Source: Chloroherpetonaceae bacterium | GTDB taxonomy: Bacteria; Bacteroidota; Chlorobiia; Chlorobiales; Thermochlorobacteraceae | DNA: 64,000 bases | Direction of reading: 5' to 3' | Assembly: GCA_025055975.1 (NCBI GenBank) | Contig: JANWWM010000028.1 | Coordinates: forward strand, 36,219 to 100,218 | In this document: positions 45,038-54,093 of the stretch, one piece after another | Layout of the letters: every line of letters starts with the position of its first letter | How positions within the stretch are numbered: position 1 is the stretch's first letter | The notes under the pieces: model-generated | What the model was told of the DNA's origin: nothing | The model's input: only the letters and a program-made list of their open reading frames with translations | Database searches by the model: none | Position numbers and translations under genes: made by a program

Positions 45038-45073
45038 TTTGGTTTCGAAGAAGCGAGGAGCGGAAGCGGGAGC

Positions 45074-46114
45074 TTAAAGCGCGACGCCATATCGTTTGAG
45101 CGCTTCATCGAGCACGCGGTTGATGAGCGCGTTAAAATCCATTCCCGCCATTCGCGCCGCCAACGGAAAACAGGAATGCTCGTCGGGATTTGGCAGAATG
45201 CCCGGCAAAGGATTGACCTCTAAAATGTGCGGTTTTCCGCGTTCATCTAATCGCACATCGATGCGCGACCAATCCCGACAACGAAGCGCGCGATGCGCCT
45301 TTTTGCACATCGTCGCAATTTCGTCGGCGAGCGCTTGCGGAATCGGCGCGGGGCACTTGAACACTTCGACGGGATTGGACGGATCGTCCCAAAGCCACTT
45401 GGCTTCGTAGGAATAGATTTTTCGGGATTCCTTCGGCAGATGGTCGAAGCAAACTTCAATGATGGGCAACGCTTCGATGCCGTCGCCGTTTCCAATCAAA
45501 GCGACCGTGAATTCTCGTCCCGACAAAAATCGCTCGATGAGCGCGGGCTGTCGATAGCGCTCGATCGCTTCGCGCGCTTGGCGGCGCAATTCTTCGGGCG
45601 ACGAAACGACGGAACGCTCGAAAATGCCCTTGCTCGACCCTTCGCAGAGCGGCTTGACGATGAGCGGAAATCGCGGGTCGTGATTCAAAAACGCCTCGAT
45701 GTCGCTCTGCGATTCAACGACGCTGAACGCGGGGGTCGGAATTCGATGGTAAGAGAGAACCTCCTTCGTTCTCGCCTTGTCGAGCGTCAGGCAAAGCGTC
45801 GCGGGGTCGGAAGCCGTGTAGCGCAAGCCCATCATATCCAGCAAGGCGGGGATTTGCGCCTCGCGGCTTGGCGCCCCAATGCCTTCGGCGATGTTGAAGC
45901 AAATGTCGGGCTTCTCGGCAAGAAGCGTCGAGACGATGCGCGGCAAATTGGCGGGCGCGCAATCGATTTTGACGACTTCGCCGCGCTCGCGCAACGCATT
46001 GGCGACGGCTTCTATGGTTTCGGGAGCGTCCCACTCGGCAAACTCGTCGCTTTCGTATCTCGACGCGCTTGCGCTTGGTTCGGGCTTCTGATTGTAGAGC
46101 AGAGCGATTTTCAT
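45074..46114 (-). CDS. ATP-grasp enzyme of the D-alanine--D-alanine ligase family
   Basis: 346 aa. Starts MKIALLYNQ... ATP-grasp blocks LIVKPLCEGSSKGI and ILEVNPLPGI. I do not claim it is the housekeeping Ddl. Confidence 0.8.
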   Translation of the reverse strand: MKIALLYNQKPEPSASASRYESDEFAEWDAPETIEAVANALRERGEVVKIDCAPANLPRIVSTLLAEKPDICFNIAEGIGAPSREAQIPALLDMMGLRYTASDPATLCLTLDKARTKEVLSYHRIPTPAFSVVESQSDIEAFLNHDPRFPLIVKPLCEGSSKGIFERSVVSSPEELRRQAREAIERYRQPALIERFLSGREFTVALIGNGDGIEALPIIEVCFDHLPKESRKIYSYEAKWLWDDPSNPVEVFKCPAPIPQALADEIATMCKKAHRALRCRDWSRIDVRLDERGKPHILEVNPLPGILPNPDEHSCFPLAARMAGMDFNALINRVLDEALKRYGVAL

Positions 46115-46522
46115 TTATCGGGCGGAGCTTGACGCGGAAAGCGGGGTCTCCTTGACCGACGTTTCGACGCGCTGCACGCCCTCGACGGCGAGAATCACGT
46201 CGCGCGCGTCGGCAAGAAAGCGTTGATGCTCGGCGGGAGCGACCAGCAAGACTTTGCCGTTTTTGACATATACCTCGATGCCCGTGATGCGCGCTTTGGC
46301 AAGGGCGCGGTCGATTTTTTCAATCAGTTGCCACTCCGCCGCAAGCGTCTCGGAAAAAGGCTTTGGCGATCGCGTCGTTTTGCGAGAAAACGACGGCAAT
46401 CCGCGACGCGACAACGCCACGCCCAACGCGAAAGCGGAAGCGATTCCAATCGCTCCCCACACCCACTTTTTAGAAAACCACTTTGAAGCCTTCTCCGACG
46501 TGGGAAGTTCTTTTGACGTCAT
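46115..46522 (-). CDS. membrane-anchored BON-domain protein
   Basis: ORF 46115..46558; start ambiguous between 46558 and 46522. One TM helix (WVWGAIGIASAFALGVAL). BON-like segment ITGIEVYVKNGKVLLVAPAE...AVEGVQRVETSV. The stop abuts the ATG of the ATP-grasp gene. Confidence 0.6.
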   Translation of the reverse strand: MTSKELPTSEKASKWFSKKWVWGAIGIASAFALGVALSRRGLPSFSRKTTRSPKPFSETLAAEWQLIEKIDRALAKARITGIEVYVKNGKVLLVAPAEHQRFLADARDVILAVEGVQRVETSVKETPLSASSSAR

Positions 46523-46680
46523 TTGAAGCAAATCGAATTCGGGAAACGTTTGAAGCAACGTAGAAAGAAAAAACCGTCTCGCAAAATTGAAAAAACGGCG
46601 CGATTTTGCTATACTCGCCCTCTCGCAAGCGTTTTCGCGCGAAACGCGAAATTTCGTTCAACTTTAACTTCTTGGACTTA

Positions 46681-47823
46681 ATGTCAAGCAAATTCATTCG
46701 CCTCGTTCTCGCCGTCGTCGTTCTCTTCTCTCTTTCCGCCGCCGATGGCGGGTGCGGAAACTCGGACGTGGAGAGCGCCAAACTTTATCTCCGTCAAGGC
46801 AACTCGGACGATGCCCTCAACGCCGCTCGCAACGCCACCATCACCGACCCGACCAACGGCGAAGCCTACTACCTTTTGGGAAAAGCCTACTACGTCAAGC
46901 AGAAGAACGACTCCGCCGCCATCGCGCTCAAAAAAGCCTTAGAGCCTGGAATGAAAATCTCCGAAGCCGATTTGAAAGACGCCAAAGCCCTGCTTGGCGA
47001 GGTTTGGCGATTGGAATACAACGCGGGCGCGAGCCTGTTCAACCAAGCCTATACGGAAAAAAGCGACGAGAGTCTGAAACGCGACCTGCTCAATCAAGCC
47101 GTCGCCAAACTCAACTCCGCCATCGCCATTCAGCCCGATAGCTCCGCGTCGTATCGCGCCCTTGCCAATTCGCAAGTCTTGCTCAAAGATTTTCGCGCCG
47201 CCGTTCAAACGCTCGAAAAAGCCATTCAAATCGCCGAGACCGACACGGGCTACTACGTGCAACTTTCAAACATCTACGCGAGCGAAATCAAAGACACCGC
47301 TCGCGCCATCGCCACGCTCGAAACCGCCTATCAAAAAAATCTCCGCTCGCCCGAAGTCGTCCGATTGCTTGCCACCAACTATTTCCTCGCCAAGCGCTAC
47401 AACGCCGCCGAAACGATGATTAAGCAAGCCTTGCAATCGGACCCGAACAACCTTTTGATGCTCTTCCTTTACGGCACTCTTCTCAACGAAAGGAAAGAAT
47501 ACAACGCCGCAATCGAGCAGTTCAAAAAAGTCATTGAAATCAATCCGTCGTATCTCGACTACGCTTGCTCCTACAACGCCGCCGTCTCTTACTTCAAACT
47601 CGCCGAAGCCGACGAAGAAGCCAACAAACCCAAGGACAAAAAGCGCGGCAAAAAAGCGCCTGAATACACGGGGCATTACAGGTTCTACGAGGAAGCCATC
47701 AAAATTTTGAAGCCTGCCGCCGAAGCCAGCAACAACAAAGATTTTTGGCGATTCTTGGGGCAGCTCTACGCCCGCGTCGGCAAAAACGCCGAAGCGACCG
47801 AAGCGCTCGCAAAAGCCAAGTAA
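46681..47823 (+). CDS. TPR-repeat protein with signal peptide
   Basis: Start at MSSKFIRLVLAVVVLFSLSAADGGC, an internal ATG of ORF 46606..47823. Multiple TPR-like A..YY.LG.AY units. Confidence 0.85.
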   Translation: MSSKFIRLVLAVVVLFSLSAADGGCGNSDVESAKLYLRQGNSDDALNAARNATITDPTNGEAYYLLGKAYYVKQKNDSAAIALKKALEPGMKISEADLKDAKALLGEVWRLEYNAGASLFNQAYTEKSDESLKRDLLNQAVAKLNSAIAIQPDSSASYRALANSQVLLKDFRAAVQTLEKAIQIAETDTGYYVQLSNIYASEIKDTARAIATLETAYQKNLRSPEVVRLLATNYFLAKRYNAAETMIKQALQSDPNNLLMLFLYGTLLNERKEYNAAIEQFKKVIEINPSYLDYACSYNAAVSYFKLAEADEEANKPKDKKRGKKAPEYTGHYRFYEEAIKILKPAAEASNNKDFWRFLGQLYARVGKNAEATEALAKAK

Positions 47824-47844
47824 TCCGCAAGTTCCCGAAAACGC

Positions 47845-47871
47845 AAAGCCTCGCTGCCCGCGAGGCTTTTT
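47845..47871 (+). terminator. rho-independent terminator after the TPR gene
   Basis: aagcctcgc-tgccc-gcgaggctt is a 9-bp perfect stem followed by ttttc, 22 nt after the stop at 47823. Confidence 0.7.
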
Positions 47872-48027
47872 CATTTCCCGCACCGACAAAACGGGAGCGT
47901 TTTTCCTCGCCTGACCCGCGAGGATTGCGAGTTGAAGCGTCTTGATTCTCTGCGACTGAATTCTTCATTGCGCCCCGCTTCGTTCAGAATCGCGCCGTTC
48001 TCGTCGTCATTTCAATCGCTTTCCCTT

Positions 48028-48053
48028 GTCATTCCGAGCGAGGCGAGGAATCC
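48028..48053 (+). repeat. dispersed intergenic repeat
   Basis: gtcattccgagcgaggcgaggaatcc. A reverse-oriented TCTGAAC-type copy lies upstream at about 47958..47993 (gaattcttc..cgcttcgttcagaatcgc). Confidence 0.85.
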
Positions 48054-48099
48054 GCAAATGGCGAATCGCGGATCGTCAACGCGAATCGCGCGACGCGCC

Positions 48100-49428
48100 C
48101 TAGTAGCTATTTCGAACGGTAAAGGTCAAGACGACTTCTTTGCCCTTTGGAACGGGCACGCGAAAGACGATGGTCGTCGCGTTTTTCTTCTCATACTCGC
48201 GCGAGGCGTTGACGATTTGCCAATTGTAACCGAGATAACGCTCGGCTTCGATCGTTACGGCTTCGTCTTTGCGGTTCTTGAAGGTGATCTTCCAAGTCGT
48301 TTCGCTTGAATTCTTGGAGATTTGCTTGTAATCGGTTTGCTCTTCCTCGACGACGATGTCGAAGGCGTCCCCGATTTTGAGCTTGACCGTTTCGTCTTTT
48401 GGCGCGTGCTCGATTTCGTCTTCGCCGATGAACTCTATCGCGCCGCGATCTTCCTTGTGAACGCGCACCTTTCCTTTCGGGAGCGGAATGCCCAAGCGAT
48501 TGGCGGACGTGTTTTCAAACTCCACGACGACGCTCACGCTTTTGCCGCCTTTGTGCAGAAATTTCTTTTTGGCGGCGACGCCCTCGGCTTCGAAGAGCGA
48601 GATTTGCTTGGTTTCGTTGTTGGCGAGGGTGGTGGGGCGTTGAAGCGCGTAGGCGTGATACTCGAACAGCGGTTTTTCTTCGAACTGCGGCGCGACGGCT
48701 TCCGCTCGCATCATTTTTTCAGGTCGCGCATAGACGATCTCGTCGTCTCGGACGCGATTGACCTCGCCCGCGACGAGTTTGAGCGTCGCGTCTTTGTAGG
48801 TCGCTCCCGATTTGTTCTCGACGCTCACCCACGCTTTGAGATCGAGCTTGCTGTCGTCTTGGTTCAAGACGGCGACGTATTCGGCGCGCCACTTCATTCC
48901 CGTCGCGTGATAAGAAATTTCCGCGTCTTGCCGTCCCGACGCGCGCGCGTCGACTTTCCAAACAAGCGTGGGCTTCGTGATTAAGCCTTCGGGCAAATCG
49001 GCGACGTTGATTTGGTATTTGTCCAATCCGCCGAGCATCGTTAGTCCGCCATCTCGATTGCGCAAGACGATTTTTCCGTCCTGCGCCGAAAGCAGCGTTC
49101 CTTCCAACAGTTCGCCTTTTTCGCTGATGAGTTGAATGGTTTTGTCGAGATACTTCTCCAAAATTTTGTAGACGCTCACGAGGTCGTATTGAAAGTTTTG
49201 TTCGATGACCGTTCCGTTGAGCTTGATGTAGACGCTCGTCGGGTCGATTTGCGAGGCGATGTCCGTGATTCTGATTTCCGAAACGCCGCTTCGCAGGTCG
49301 ATTTTGCGCGTTTCCTTGACGACTCCAAGATTGTCGTTGTAGATCGTTACGGCGACTTTGCGCTCTTGCGCGTCAAGCGTTTCGGACATAGCGATGAGGA
49401 TTAAAGCGATGAACGAAGACGATTTCAT
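48100..49428 (-). CDS. DUF4139-domain protein (MuiA-like)
   Basis: Start at MKSSSFIALILIAMSETLDAQ (49428), an internal Met of ORF 48100..49800; the 124 codons upstream are Arg-rich noise. VTIYNDNLGVVKETRKIDL and IDPTSVYIKLNG are typical of the DUF4139 N-terminus. Confidence 0.8.
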   Translation of the reverse strand: MKSSSFIALILIAMSETLDAQERKVAVTIYNDNLGVVKETRKIDLRSGVSEIRITDIASQIDPTSVYIKLNGTVIEQNFQYDLVSVYKILEKYLDKTIQLISEKGELLEGTLLSAQDGKIVLRNRDGGLTMLGGLDKYQINVADLPEGLITKPTLVWKVDARASGRQDAEISYHATGMKWRAEYVAVLNQDDSKLDLKAWVSVENKSGATYKDATLKLVAGEVNRVRDDEIVYARPEKMMRAEAVAPQFEEKPLFEYHAYALQRPTTLANNETKQISLFEAEGVAAKKKFLHKGGKSVSVVVEFENTSANRLGIPLPKGKVRVHKEDRGAIEFIGEDEIEHAPKDETVKLKIGDAFDIVVEEEQTDYKQISKNSSETTWKITFKNRKDEAVTIEAERYLGYNWQIVNASREYEKKNATTIVFRVPVPKGKEVVLTFTVRNSY

Positions 49429-49496
49429 TTTTGAAAGCGTTTGACTTGAACGAGCGGCTCCGTTATGCGCGTTTGAGACGAAAAAGTCGTCGCATC

Positions 49497-50036
49497 TCAC
49501 TTCACGAGAGCCGAGATGGTTTTGAAGGTTGGACCGCTTGCGACGCGCATCAACTCGAAGAGGCACATTTCGGTCGAGGTGATGGTCGCGCCCTCGTCTT
49601 TCATTCGCGCCAATCCGATTTCGCGGTTTTCTTTCGCGCGCGAAGAAATCGCGTCGGCGACGCAATGCACGTCGAAGCCTTCTTCGAGCAAGTCGGCGAC
49701 GGTTTGATAGACGCAGATGTGCGCCTCGATTCCCGCGACGAGAACTTGCTCGCGTCCCAAACTTTCGAAAGCCTCGACGAATTTTTCCTCGCCGAAGCAA
49801 CTGAACGAGAGTTTTTCGATTGGCTTGACGTCGGGCATCAAGGCTTTGAGTTCGGGCGCGGTTTCGCCCAAGCCTTTTGGGTATTGTTCGGTGAGCAAAA
49901 TCGGAACGCCGAGAACCTGCGCGCCTTCAATCAAACGCGAAAGATTCTTGAAGAGCGTTTCGCGCTCGTGCATCAAGGTGGCGAGTTTGCCTTGCACATC
50001 GATGATGAGCAGAACCGTGTCGTCGAGTTCGAGCAT
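49497..50036 (-). CDS. isochorismatase-family cysteine hydrolase
   Basis: 179 aa. Blocks LLIIDVQGKL and LVAGIEAHICVYQT (catalytic Cys context). Confidence 0.85.
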   Translation of the reverse strand: MLELDDTVLLIIDVQGKLATLMHERETLFKNLSRLIEGAQVLGVPILLTEQYPKGLGETAPELKALMPDVKPIEKLSFSCFGEEKFVEAFESLGREQVLVAGIEAHICVYQTVADLLEEGFDVHCVADAISSRAKENREIGLARMKDEGATITSTEMCLFELMRVASGPTFKTISALVK

Positions 50037-50148
50037 AATGCGTCGCGGGTTTTGAGTTGCGAGAAAGAACGAGCGAAGTTACGGCGCGAAACCGAAGAAT
50101 CCGCTTTCGCGGAAGCGAGAACCGAGCGCTTCGATTCGCGCTTGCGCG

Positions 50149-51615
50149 CTAACTCCGTTTGGCTTTTGCGAGTTTATAGACCTCGATATACTTGCGAGCC
50201 GAGTTCGTCCAAGAAAAATCGCGCTTCATTCCGTTTTGCTGAATGCGTCGCCAAAGCGGCTTGTTGCGATAGGCTTCGATGGCGCGATGAACGGCGTGCG
50301 AGAGCGCAAAGCCGCTCGGCTCTTCGAACGTGAAGCCGTTGCCGATGAGTTGTCCTCTGTAAGCGTATTCGTCCCAATCGAGAACCGTGTCGGCAAGTCC
50401 GCCCGTTTTGCGCGCGATGGGCACCGTGCCGTAGCGCAGGCTATACATCTGATTCAAGCCGCATGGCTCGTAGCGCGAAGGCATCAAGAACATATCCGCG
50501 CCCGCTTCGATTAGGTGCGCCAACTCCGTGTTGAAGCCGATGTAAGCCCAAACCTTGTGCGGATATTCGTGCGCCATCCAGTTGAAAAAATTTTCGAATC
50601 GGTCTTCGCCGCTTCCCAAAATCACCCATTGCGCGTTCTTCTGCATCAGCCAGTAGACTTCTCTTTCAATCAGGTCGAAGCCTTTCTGCCAAACCATTCT
50701 CGATACGATGCCGATGAGCGGCACGTCGGGGTTGTAGTTGATGGTGGTTTGGTCAAGCAGGAATCGTTTGTTTTTCTCCTTGCCTTCGAGGTTTTCGGCG
50801 GAGAAGTGAAACGGAATGAACCTGTCGGTTTGCGGATTCCACGTTTCGTCATCGATGCCGTTGAGGATTCCGAACAAGTCGCCTTTGCGCCATTTCAAGA
50901 CGACCTCCATTCCGTAACCGTATTCTTGGGTGAGAATTTCGCGGGCGTAGGTTTCGCTGACGGTCGTGAGCACATCGGCGGTCGCCAAGCCCGTTTTGAG
51001 AAAGTTTACGCCGCCGCCCCACTCGGCAAGACCGCCCTTGTCGAGATGCTCTTGACGCAACTCGGCGCGATAGCCGCTCTCGCGCGGAAACCAGCCTTGA
51101 TAGGCGATGTTATGGACGGACAGCACCGTCGCGGTTTTGTGGAAGAGCCTATCCCACCCGTAATTGTCGCGCAACAGAAGCGGCAGAAGCCCCGTCTGCC
51201 AATCGTTGCAATGAATCACGTCGGGCGCCCACTGCAAGCGTTGCAGGGCTTCGATGACGGATTTTTGAAACAAGATGAAACGCTCGTCTTCGTCCCAATC
51301 CGACGTGTAAATGCGCGCGCGATGAAAGTAATGCGGGCAATCGATGAAGTAGATGTCGACGTCGGAATTGGGCAGTTTGGATTTGAGCGCGTGAACGGTT
51401 CGCGGAATGCCGCCGACGCGCACCTGCATTTCGCCAATCGAAAGGTCGAGGCGCATTGGGTATTGCGCTTCGTTGATGACGGAGTATTTCGGGAGAAAGA
51501 CTTTCACTTCGCAACCCAACTTGGCGAGGGCTTTCGGCAATGAGCCAATCACGTCGGAAAGCCCGCCCGTTTTGGCGAAGGGGGCGCATTCGGAAGCGGC
51601 TATGGCGATTTTCAT
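50149..51615 (-). CDS. glgA: glycogen synthase (ADP-glucose type)
   Basis: Start at MKIAIAASECAPFAKTGGLSDV, an internal Met of ORF 50149..51642. GT5 N-terminal motif KTGGL; C-terminal blocks PSRYEPCGLNQMYSLRYGT and TGGLADTV. Confidence 0.93.
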   Translation of the reverse strand: MKIAIAASECAPFAKTGGLSDVIGSLPKALAKLGCEVKVFLPKYSVINEAQYPMRLDLSIGEMQVRVGGIPRTVHALKSKLPNSDVDIYFIDCPHYFHRARIYTSDWDEDERFILFQKSVIEALQRLQWAPDVIHCNDWQTGLLPLLLRDNYGWDRLFHKTATVLSVHNIAYQGWFPRESGYRAELRQEHLDKGGLAEWGGGVNFLKTGLATADVLTTVSETYAREILTQEYGYGMEVVLKWRKGDLFGILNGIDDETWNPQTDRFIPFHFSAENLEGKEKNKRFLLDQTTINYNPDVPLIGIVSRMVWQKGFDLIEREVYWLMQKNAQWVILGSGEDRFENFFNWMAHEYPHKVWAYIGFNTELAHLIEAGADMFLMPSRYEPCGLNQMYSLRYGTVPIARKTGGLADTVLDWDEYAYRGQLIGNGFTFEEPSGFALSHAVHRAIEAYRNKPLWRRIQQNGMKRDFSWTNSARKYIEVYKLAKAKRS

Positions 51616-51654
51616 CGATGAACGGTTTTTGTGAAACGGCAAGCCGAACGTTCG

Positions 51655-52233
51655 TCAAGCGACGCGCTGTCCAATGTGCTTCAAAAGGTCTAACACTCCT
51701 TCGCCGCTCTGCGCGGAAACTTCCTGAACGAACTCATAATTTGAAAAGAACCCCTCGACGGCTTTGCGAGCGTTTTCGCGCTCCGACTTTTTTTTGAGCT
51801 TGTCGATTTTCGTGAGCGCGATCGCAAACGGTCGCCCGTAAAAATACAGAAACTCCGACATCTGCTTGTCGTTTTGCATTTCGGGGTGGCGCGCGTCGAC
51901 GAGCATCACGCATAGCCGCAGTTGCGGGCGATTTCGCAAGTAGGCTTCGAGCAACTCCTTCCACGCCTCTTGCTCGGCTTTGGAAACTTTGGCGTAGCCG
52001 TAGCCAGGCAAATCCACGAAGTAGAATTTTTGATTGATTCGGAAAAAGTTGATGTCGCGCGTCCTGCCCGGAGTCGAGCTGGCGTAGGCGAGTTTCTTTC
52101 GCATCAAGGCGTTGAGCAGAGACGATTTGCCCACGTTGGAGCGTCCCGCGAAAGCGATTTCGGGCAGGTTGTCTTTCGGCAAGTCTTCAAGCCGCTTGAC
52201 GCTTTTGAAAAATTCCGCCGACGTGATCTTCAT
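51655..52233 (-). CDS. engB: ribosome-biogenesis GTPase YihA/EngB
   Basis: Start at [12 protein letters not shown], an internal Met of ORF 51655..52353. G1 motif [15 protein letters not shown]3 motif DLPGYG, G4 motif TKIDK. Confidence 0.9.
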   Translation of the reverse strand: MKITSAEFFKSVKRLEDLPKDNLPEIAFAGRSNVGKSSLLNALMRKKLAYASSTPGRTRDINFFRINQKFYFVDLPGYGYAKVSKAEQEAWKELLEAYLRNRPQLRLCVMLVDARHPEMQNDKQMSEFLYFYGRPFAIALTKIDKLKKKSERENARKAVEGFFSNYEFVQEVSAQSGEGVLDLLKHIGQRVA

Positions 52234-52302
52234 ATCCCGCGCTGACGTTGCTTGCGAGAGATGGCGTGGCGCGACGATTCGAGCCGTGATTCGCCATCGC
52301 TC

Positions 52303-52329
52303 TTGGATTTTTCGCTCGCGCTCGGAATG
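52303..52329 (-). repeat. dispersed intergenic repeat, reverse orientation (left arm of second composite element)
   Basis: ggatttttcgctcgcgctcggaatgac. Confidence 0.8.
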
Positions 52330-52379
52330 ACAAACGAGAGCGGACAAGCGCAAGACTCAAAACCACGCGAGAAAGAACG

Positions 52380-52405
52380 TCGCCATTCTGAACGGAGCGA
52401 AAAAA
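52380..52405 (+). repeat. dispersed intergenic repeat, TCTGAACGGAGCGAA variant (right arm of second composite element)
   Basis: gccattctgaacggagcgaaaaaacg, exactly 50 nt after the left arm. Confidence 0.8.
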
Positions 52406-52447
52406 CGTCTTTGCGACGGCGAGAAGCGACGCGGGTCGTCGGGGCGA

Positions 52448-53875
52448 CTAAATGTTGATGGCTTCGCCGTAAGCCGCCGCCGCCGCTTCCTTGATGGCTT
52501 CCGAGAAGGTCGGATGCGCGTGAATGGTTTTGTGAATCCAATCCGCCGTCGCTTCCAATTTTTTGGCGACGCAGAGTTCGGCGATCATCTCGGTCGCTTC
52601 GTGCCCGACGATGTGCGCGCCCAAAAGTTCGCCCGTCTTTTTGTCGAAGACGAGCTTGACCATTCCCGCCGTTTCGCCCGCCGCCGTCGCTTTGCCCGAC
52701 GCTTTGAAGGGAAAACGACCGACGAGAACGTCGTAACCTTGTTCTTTGGCGGCTTTTTCCGTCAAGCCCACGTGCGCGACGGAAGGTTGGCAATAGGTGC
52801 ACGCGGGAATGTCGAGCGGATTGATGGGCTTTGTCGGCAAGCCCGCGATCGTCTCGACGCAATTGATGCCCTCGACCGAAGCTTTGTGCGCCAACAGCAT
52901 TCCGCCCGCGACGTCGCCAATGGCGTAAACGCCCTCGACATTCGTGCGCCCAAATCCATCGACTTTGATGAAACCTTTTTCCGTCTGCACGCCAACCTTT
53001 TCCAAGCCGAGATTTTCGATGTTGCCCGTCAAGCCAACGGCGACGAGGCAGTAATCCGAAACGAGTTCTTTTCTTTCGCCTTTGAAATCGGTCAGGACGG
53101 TTCTGACGCTTTCGCCTTCGACCGAAGCCGATTCCACCTTCGCGCTCGTCAAGATCTCGATGCCTTGTTTTTTGTATTCGCGTTCAAGCCAAGTGGAAAT
53201 CTCTTCGTCTTCGTTGGGCAAGATGCGCGGCATATACTCGACGAGCGTAACTTTCGCGCCAACGGCGTTGAAGAAATACGCGAACTCGACCCCAATCGCG
53301 CCCGCGCCAATGATGGCGATGGTTTTCGGCTTTTCGGGCAGAATCATCGCTTCGTAGCTCGTGATGATGCGCTTGCGATCGATGGGCACGTTTGGAAGCG
53401 ATTTGGCTTTTGCGCCCGTCGCCAGAATCACGTGCAACGAGGTGATTTTTTCGACTTTGCCGTCGGATTCAATCTCGATCTCATGCGCCGAAGCCAATTT
53501 GCCGTAGCCTTTCTTGACGGTGATTTTGTTTTTCTTCATCAAGTAATCCACGCCTTTTGCCATCTGCGCCGCCACGTCTCGACTGCGTTTGATGATGGCG
53601 GGAAAATCGATCTCAAAGCTTGAAATTTTGACTCCAAACTCGCTCGCGTGATGGAGCGCGTGAATCAGCTCGGCGTTTTTGAGAAGCGATTTGGTTGGAA
53701 TGCACCCCCAATTCAAGCACACGCCTCCGAGCGTTGGCTCTTTTTCGACGATGCACGTTTTGTAACCAAGTTGCGACGAGCGAATCGCCGTTTCGTAACC
53801 GCCAGGTCCAGAGCCGATGACGGTTATGTCGAAGTCGTAGTCGTGGGCGAATTTTTTTGCGGCGCGATTGGACAT
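52448..53875 (-). CDS. lpdA: dihydrolipoyl dehydrogenase
   Basis: Start at MSNRAAKKFAHDYDFDITVIGSGPGGY (53875). Redox disulfide GGVCLNWGCIPTK. C-terminal HAHPTFSE. Confidence 0.93.
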   Translation of the reverse strand: MSNRAAKKFAHDYDFDITVIGSGPGGYETAIRSSQLGYKTCIVEKEPTLGGVCLNWGCIPTKSLLKNAELIHALHHASEFGVKISSFEIDFPAIIKRSRDVAAQMAKGVDYLMKKNKITVKKGYGKLASAHEIEIESDGKVEKITSLHVILATGAKAKSLPNVPIDRKRIITSYEAMILPEKPKTIAIIGAGAIGVEFAYFFNAVGAKVTLVEYMPRILPNEDEEISTWLEREYKKQGIEILTSAKVESASVEGESVRTVLTDFKGERKELVSDYCLVAVGLTGNIENLGLEKVGVQTEKGFIKVDGFGRTNVEGVYAIGDVAGGMLLAHKASVEGINCVETIAGLPTKPINPLDIPACTYCQPSVAHVGLTEKAAKEQGYDVLVGRFPFKASGKATAAGETAGMVKLVFDKKTGELLGAHIVGHEATEMIAELCVAKKLEATADWIHKTIHAHPTFSEAIKEAAAAAYGEAINI

Positions 53876-54093
53876 TGCTTCAAAGCGAGATTTGATTGAA
53901 CGGAAAAAATTGAGCGAGCGCAAATATACGCAAGCCGATCGCATCCGCGCGCCGCGCGTCAACGCGACGGCGCGCGTTTTGGCGAAGCACGGGATTTTTT
54001 TTAAGTTGAGCCGCGATTTTCGCAGCGCGAGAGGTTCCGATTTCCGCAACTCACGGACGCGCTAATCACGCAAACCTTAAACTTTCTACCGCT

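Noticed and set aside
48100-49800. N-terminally extended versions of real genes in the ORF track: 48100..49800, 37850..39499, 52448..54049, 33344..34342, 28176..29156, 51655..52353, 57053..59074.
   Set aside because: The extensions are Arg-rich, overlap neighbouring genes or repeats, and precede an internal Met followed by a canonical N-terminus or signal peptide. Starts were trimmed accordingly.
8936-52405. Whether the ~26-nt repeats form a CRISPR array.
   Set aside because: The copies are scattered over 44 kb in both orientations with irregular spacing, and no cas genes are present. This is not CRISPR.
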